Assembly (NCBI GenBank): GCA_001179505.1
Contig: CDMY01000356.1
Span: 310,001 to 374,000 of the forward strand
Source of the DNA: Vitrella brassicaformis CCMP3155
Taxonomy: Eukaryota; Protista; Chromerida
Length of the DNA: 64,000 nt
Reading direction: 5' to 3'
Shown: piece by piece, positions 59,717-64,000 of the stretch
Layout of the letters: each line of letters begins with the position of its first letter
How positions within the stretch are numbered: the first letter of the stretch is position 1
Notes under the pieces: model-generated
The model's database searches: none
Seen by the model: only the letters and a program-made list of their open reading frames with translations
Told to the model about the DNA's origin: nothing
Program-made: the position numbers and the translations under genes

Positions 59717-61413
59717 TCACCGTCGCACAAGGCCGCCATCGAGGACGCCCTTTTTGGGCTCCTGCCTTGCCGCCTTTGGCCTGAAGCACCCCCTCTCAAG
59801 TGTGTGGTACACCACCTCATAGCACACGAGCACCAGCGCGCTTGACGGCACCACCCGCAGCAGGTGGGTGAACATGCCCGCATACAGCCCACGCACGCCC
59901 TCCTCACGGGCGATCAACCGAAACGACTGGAAAAATCCACTGCAGAGCAACAGCATCATACATAATACACGGCGTGTGTTGGCAGGGGGGCAGGGAGGCA
60001 GGCCCCTGAGGGAGGCAGGGAGCAGGTTGGCTTACGTGTACTTGGCAGGAGTGCCTATGGTTTGCTCTCTGAGCCTGGTTCTGATGACCTCATGGGGGTA
60101 GGTGGCTGTCGAGGCGACCGCCTTCGCAACGAATCCCGCCACCAGAGTCTGCACTCATGAGCGTTCATCAGCATATATCAGCTTGAAAATGCATCCAGAA
60201 TCTCGTACGTTCTGTCTGTCTCTTACCGGCCCTACTGATGCCCTTTGTTGTGAAGACCTTTCGACCGACCCAGGCGTCCTCTCGGCCTCCCTGCATGCAA
60301 TGCAGATAGGGTCAGATCACAATGTGTCTGTCTGTTATGGTTTGATACGGCTCACCTACCGTTGCGACAGCTGCTTCTTCAACGGCTCGAAGATCATCCA
60401 GTGTACGCACCCCTCTGAGATGCCCCAGTAACTCGCCACCACTCCCCTGGAAAACCCTCGCACGCCCTCCTGCATCCATATCGACCGTACCGCATCCAAC
60501 ACGCCCTAGGTACGCCCACAAACAGCAGATAAAGGAATCAATCGCAGCAGATATCTGTTTGTTGAGAGGGAGGGAGGGCCGGCCGAGCGTGCGTCTTAAC
60601 CCACCTTGGCGGCCGTTTCTGATGCAGCGGCATCGAGGAAGAGGCGCGTCCGCACCATGCTGATGGGATTGATGACCGTGTAGGCCACGAACCCCGCCAC
60701 CAGAGCCGAGGTAAAGTGTGTCAGCGCACCATCACCTATCTGCGTTCATTCATTCACCGCACGCACACCCGCCCTCCACTCACAGACACACGGGATGCCA
60801 TGCCGCCATCTGTCTGTCGCCTTACCTACCATTGGGTTCAAGGCATTCTTTGCAGTGGAGTAGGCCCAGAAGTAAGTGGAACGAGACGGAATCACTCCTA
60901 TGAGTGAAGGGGTCAGCCCCGCAAAGAAGCCTGTGACGCCACTCGCCTTGTGGACAGCGGCCACAGTGGCGAGAAACCCCTGACCACCGCTGGCCTGCAT
61001 CTGGGTCTTGACAACCTCAAGAGGGTTCGTCACCGTCGCCACTATCACACCTGCACACCGACGGTAGCATTCAACAGTGTGTGAGTGTACGTACAGCAAT
61101 GCAATTGATTGACAGCACGGCCACCTGCGATAGCGCCCGAGATGAAGCTCAATAAGCCGGTGCCGCCGTTGCCATGGCCACTCCTGTTGTTTGAGCTGAC
61201 CTTCTCGGCTGCTGCTGACGTGCGGTGCCGCTGACGACGTTTCAGCAATGCATTCCGTCGGCGGCTGACAGCAGCAGGGAAGGGGCGTGCCGGGATGGCT
61301 TGCAGCTGCTCAGCTGTGGCCGATCTCCATGGGCTCGGTCTGCTGATAGATTTGGCCAAGAAAAGATCAAGCCCATGGAGAAAGATCACCCAGACTGGGG
61401 ACAAGATCTGCAT
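59717..61413 (-). CDS. RIM2: Mitochondrial carrier (SLC25), RIM2/SLC25A33/SLC25A36 pyrimidine-nucleotide-carrier-like
   Basis: Three carrier repeats with P.[DE]..[KR].[RK] signatures: TNPLEVVKTQMQ, INPISMVRTRL, TYPHEVIRTRLRE. Also GLTPSLIGVIPSRSTYFWAY and GLYAGMFTHLLRVVP. YPHEVIRTRLRE is typical of the RIM2/SLC25A36 subfamily. Start codon uncertain (61413 or 61512). Confidence 0.82.
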
Positions 61414-61446
61414 CTGAGTGCCAAGTTCAGCACAGCGCGGTGGTTG

Positions 61447-61454
61447 AGCTCGCA
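61447..61454 (-). promoter_or_regulatory. Candidate promoter octamer TGCGAGCT
   Basis: AGCTCGCA on + strand, 33 nt upstream of the candidate carrier ATG 61413. Confidence 0.45.
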
Positions 61455-61584
61455 AAAGATGTGCGTGACATTTGGAGATCACCATGAGGACAAGATGAAT
61501 GCGCCAAAGCATCTGGAAGAGGCATAAGACAGCAGCAGCGGCGTCGGCAGCGCCCACTGCCTGACCCGTACGCAAGTACTCGTG

Positions 61585-64000
61585 ATGCCTTCTGCTTCCA
61601 CAGCTGGGCTTCTGCGACCCACAGCCCGTCTCGTGATTGCCGCCATCAGCTTTCCGGCCCTTGCGCAAGGTCAGGTGGACTCGGGGAACAACCCAGCAGT
61701 GACGCCCGATGTTGGCCGCACACCTGCGCGGTCTCCCTCTACGGGCGGCCGGCGGCCGCTGCTGGCCAAACCACGCGATCAGGGGGGCGACCTGGCGGCG
61801 AGTATCGTGGACTGGGGCGAGGTCTGGACCAAGGACAACACCACATGGAAAACATATGAGGTGCGTGGGGGTGGACCGACAGACAGGCAGACAGGCAGAC
61901 GGACAGACATGCAGGCAGGCAGGCAGGCATGGCACGGCTGACTGGGGTGTGTGTTTGTGCGCGTGTGTCAGGTTGGTCCGCGGAAGTGGAGGCGATTTCG
62001 GTTCAAGGTGACTGAGGCCATGATGGCCACGGACGCCAACCTGTTTATCGAGATGCGGTACGACAAGCAAGGCGGCCGCCACTCCTCCCTCACCCCCGAC
62101 GGCAGCCCCCAGCAGCAGCAGCAGCAGCAGGCGTCCTCTGCCTCGTTCACCGTCAACAAGGACGGCTATCGGTTCATCCCGCCCGACCCTCTTCTGCTGG
62201 CCAAGGCCAACGCGCCCCCCACCGCCACGCTCAACGGCGGCAAAGGCAACTGGGACGCCAATACGGCCTTTATGGACTCGCACGCCTACGTCGTGTGGAA
62301 GGTACCGTTACAGAAATAAAAGTGAAAGTGACAAGCCAAATTTTGGTGCCGGCCACCAAGAAGGGAATGCGTGTTCCCCTCCCTTGTCTCTCTGTCTACC
62401 TATCCATCTCCAGGAGTACCACCATATCTTGGTTCCGGCCGAGGAGCTGCAGCTCAACGACACGTGGTGGGTGGCGGTCTTGAACTTCCCCAGCCAGTAC
62501 CCCAACACCGTCACGCTCACGCCGACCATCGACGCGGCCACCAACGAGACCAGCTTCACCAACCGCATCAAAGACCTGCCCATGACTTTCAACATCCGAA
62601 TCCGCCAGTTCCCCCACGGCGAGCGGCCCTGCCCGAGGGACTGCTCTGGCCATGGGGTGTGCCGCGCCGTGGGCAAGTGCCGGTGCGACACTGGCTGGGC
62701 TGACAACGACTGCTCTGTACCGGCGCATGTGTTGGAGAGCGGTGAGGCGCTGCAGAAGTCCATCCCGGCCGGGGAGTGGAAGTACCACTACCTCGACATC
62801 CCCTCGGAGGACGACAGTGACAGAGGTGGGTGGGAAAAAAGGGGGTGGGAGATCCACATATGCGGCAGCATTGGATGTGCTGTGCTGTGTGGATTGCTTT
62901 GCTTGGTGTGGTGTGCAGACCGTGGCAACACGCTTCGGATCGAGATGGTGCACCGAGGCGGCGACCCTCTCATGTTCATCAAGGCCACAGACAAGCAGTG
63001 AGTGAGCATGACATACATACATGACTATGGCATGGCATATTATATGGCATCCCACGTACACTCACTACACCGCTAGCTAGTTGCGCACGTGACGTGACAC
63101 ATACGTATGTGTGAAGGAAAGGACCACCCCACGAAACCTGTTGGTTGGGCTGGTTGCCTTGCTGTGTCTGATATATATGATGTATGTATGTATGTGTGTG
63201 TCAGGGATTATCTGATTCCGACCCAGCGCAGCGAGGACCACACCTTCTATCTGCCAATGCGGCCGGGGGGGAGAAGGCAAATCGTAAGGAAGGGGCGCGC
63301 GCACTCACATAGTCGGGATGGACGGGGGAATAAAGACACACACACACCCACACCCCTACACACACAGACGCGTCACATGTGACTCACGTGTCGTGTTGTC
63401 CCTCCCGTCTGTGTGTTGTGTTGTGTTGCAGCTGCAGATCCAGATATCGCAGTACCCCTCCGACAGATGGTTCTTCGGTACGGACAAGACAAAGCGCACG
63501 CTGGACAGAGAGGAGAGGGGAGGAGAGTGGGGATTCACACACAAGGAAGGCACACACGGGGTCCCTGTCTGGTCTGTCGCCTCGCCAGGCATCTATAACT
63601 CACGCGCGGAGCGTCGGCGTGCGCTGCGAGACACGCAGTACTCGTTGCGCGTGACCCTTCTCAACGCCCCCTTCTCGCGCATCAACCTCTACATCTACGT
63701 CGTCCCTGCTATCGTAGTCGTCAGCACTTCACACACACACACACACACACACGCACTCACACACATAGATGTACTGCACTGCACTGCACTGCACGGCCCG
63801 CCCTGTCTGTCTGTCTGTCTGTCTGCATGCGTGTGTGTGTGCGCGTGTGTGGTGGTGTATCTATCTAACGGTCAGGTGTTTGTGATGCTGTGGGTGATGT
63901 ATGCCATCCACCGGAGCGTGCAGACGCGGCACAGATCGCGGCTCGACGCGCGGCAGCTGGAGATCATCCTGCATGCGGTGAGGGAGCGGCCACACGAGGC
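61585..64000 (+). CDS. Type I membrane protein with an EGF-like domain between two beta-sandwich-like repeats; runs off the window end
   Basis: Signal-like leader, EGF CPRDCSGHGVCRAVGKCRCDTGWADNDCS, repeats (W.R/Y....V/IP...L.IEM...G.PL...K), and TM INLYIYVVPAIVV|VFVMLWVMYAI followed by basic HRSVQTRHRSR. Confidence 0.8.

Noticed and set aside
1-64000. tRNA, rRNA, CRISPR arrays and prokaryotic operons or defence systems
   Set aside because: No T-loop/cloverleaf, rRNA-like tract or repeat-spacer array was seen by eye, and the genes are spliceosomal. A tRNAscan/Infernal run would be needed to exclude small ncRNAs.

Overview
This is intron-rich, GC-rich eukaryotic DNA. Introns are short (about 50-200 nt) and full of (TG)n/(CA)n, (TCTG)n and (GGAT)n microsatellites. 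That style, a flagellar outer-arm dynein chain and alveolate-type motifs suggest a chromerid alveolate, probably Vitrella brassicaformis (inference, not verified). The supplied ORF track fragments most genes, so I rebuilt gene models by reading splice sites and checking codon phase. The window holds about 19 protein-coding genes, mostly in head-to-head pairs with short promoters. Recognisable genes: a PILS/auxin-efflux-carrier family transporter, an intronless EEP nuclease/phosphatase, an SLC18-like MFS transporter, TRM10, a compact bacterial-type alpha-glucan phosphorylase, a CCCH zinc-finger protein, WDR43/UTP5, DNAI1, a RIM2/SLC25A33/36-like carrier and an EGF membrane protein. There are three 300-N assembly gaps. 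Most notable: (1) a 16-exon, ~2,440-codon model (20262->11837, minus) that joins three ankyrin modules, a possible winged-helix, TPRs and a degenerate SET domain, and carries two frameshifts; (2) a 5'-truncated CRE-like non-LTR retrotransposon with poly(A) tail and an exact 12-bp target-site duplication; (3) a ~2,000-aa protein alternating LOTUS/OST-HTH-like domains with hnRNP F/H-type qRRMs; (4) an octamer, TGCGAGCT, recurring 33-81 nt upstream of five start codons. No tRNA, rRNA or CRISPR array was seen. All domain calls come from motif recognition by eye, with no database searches.
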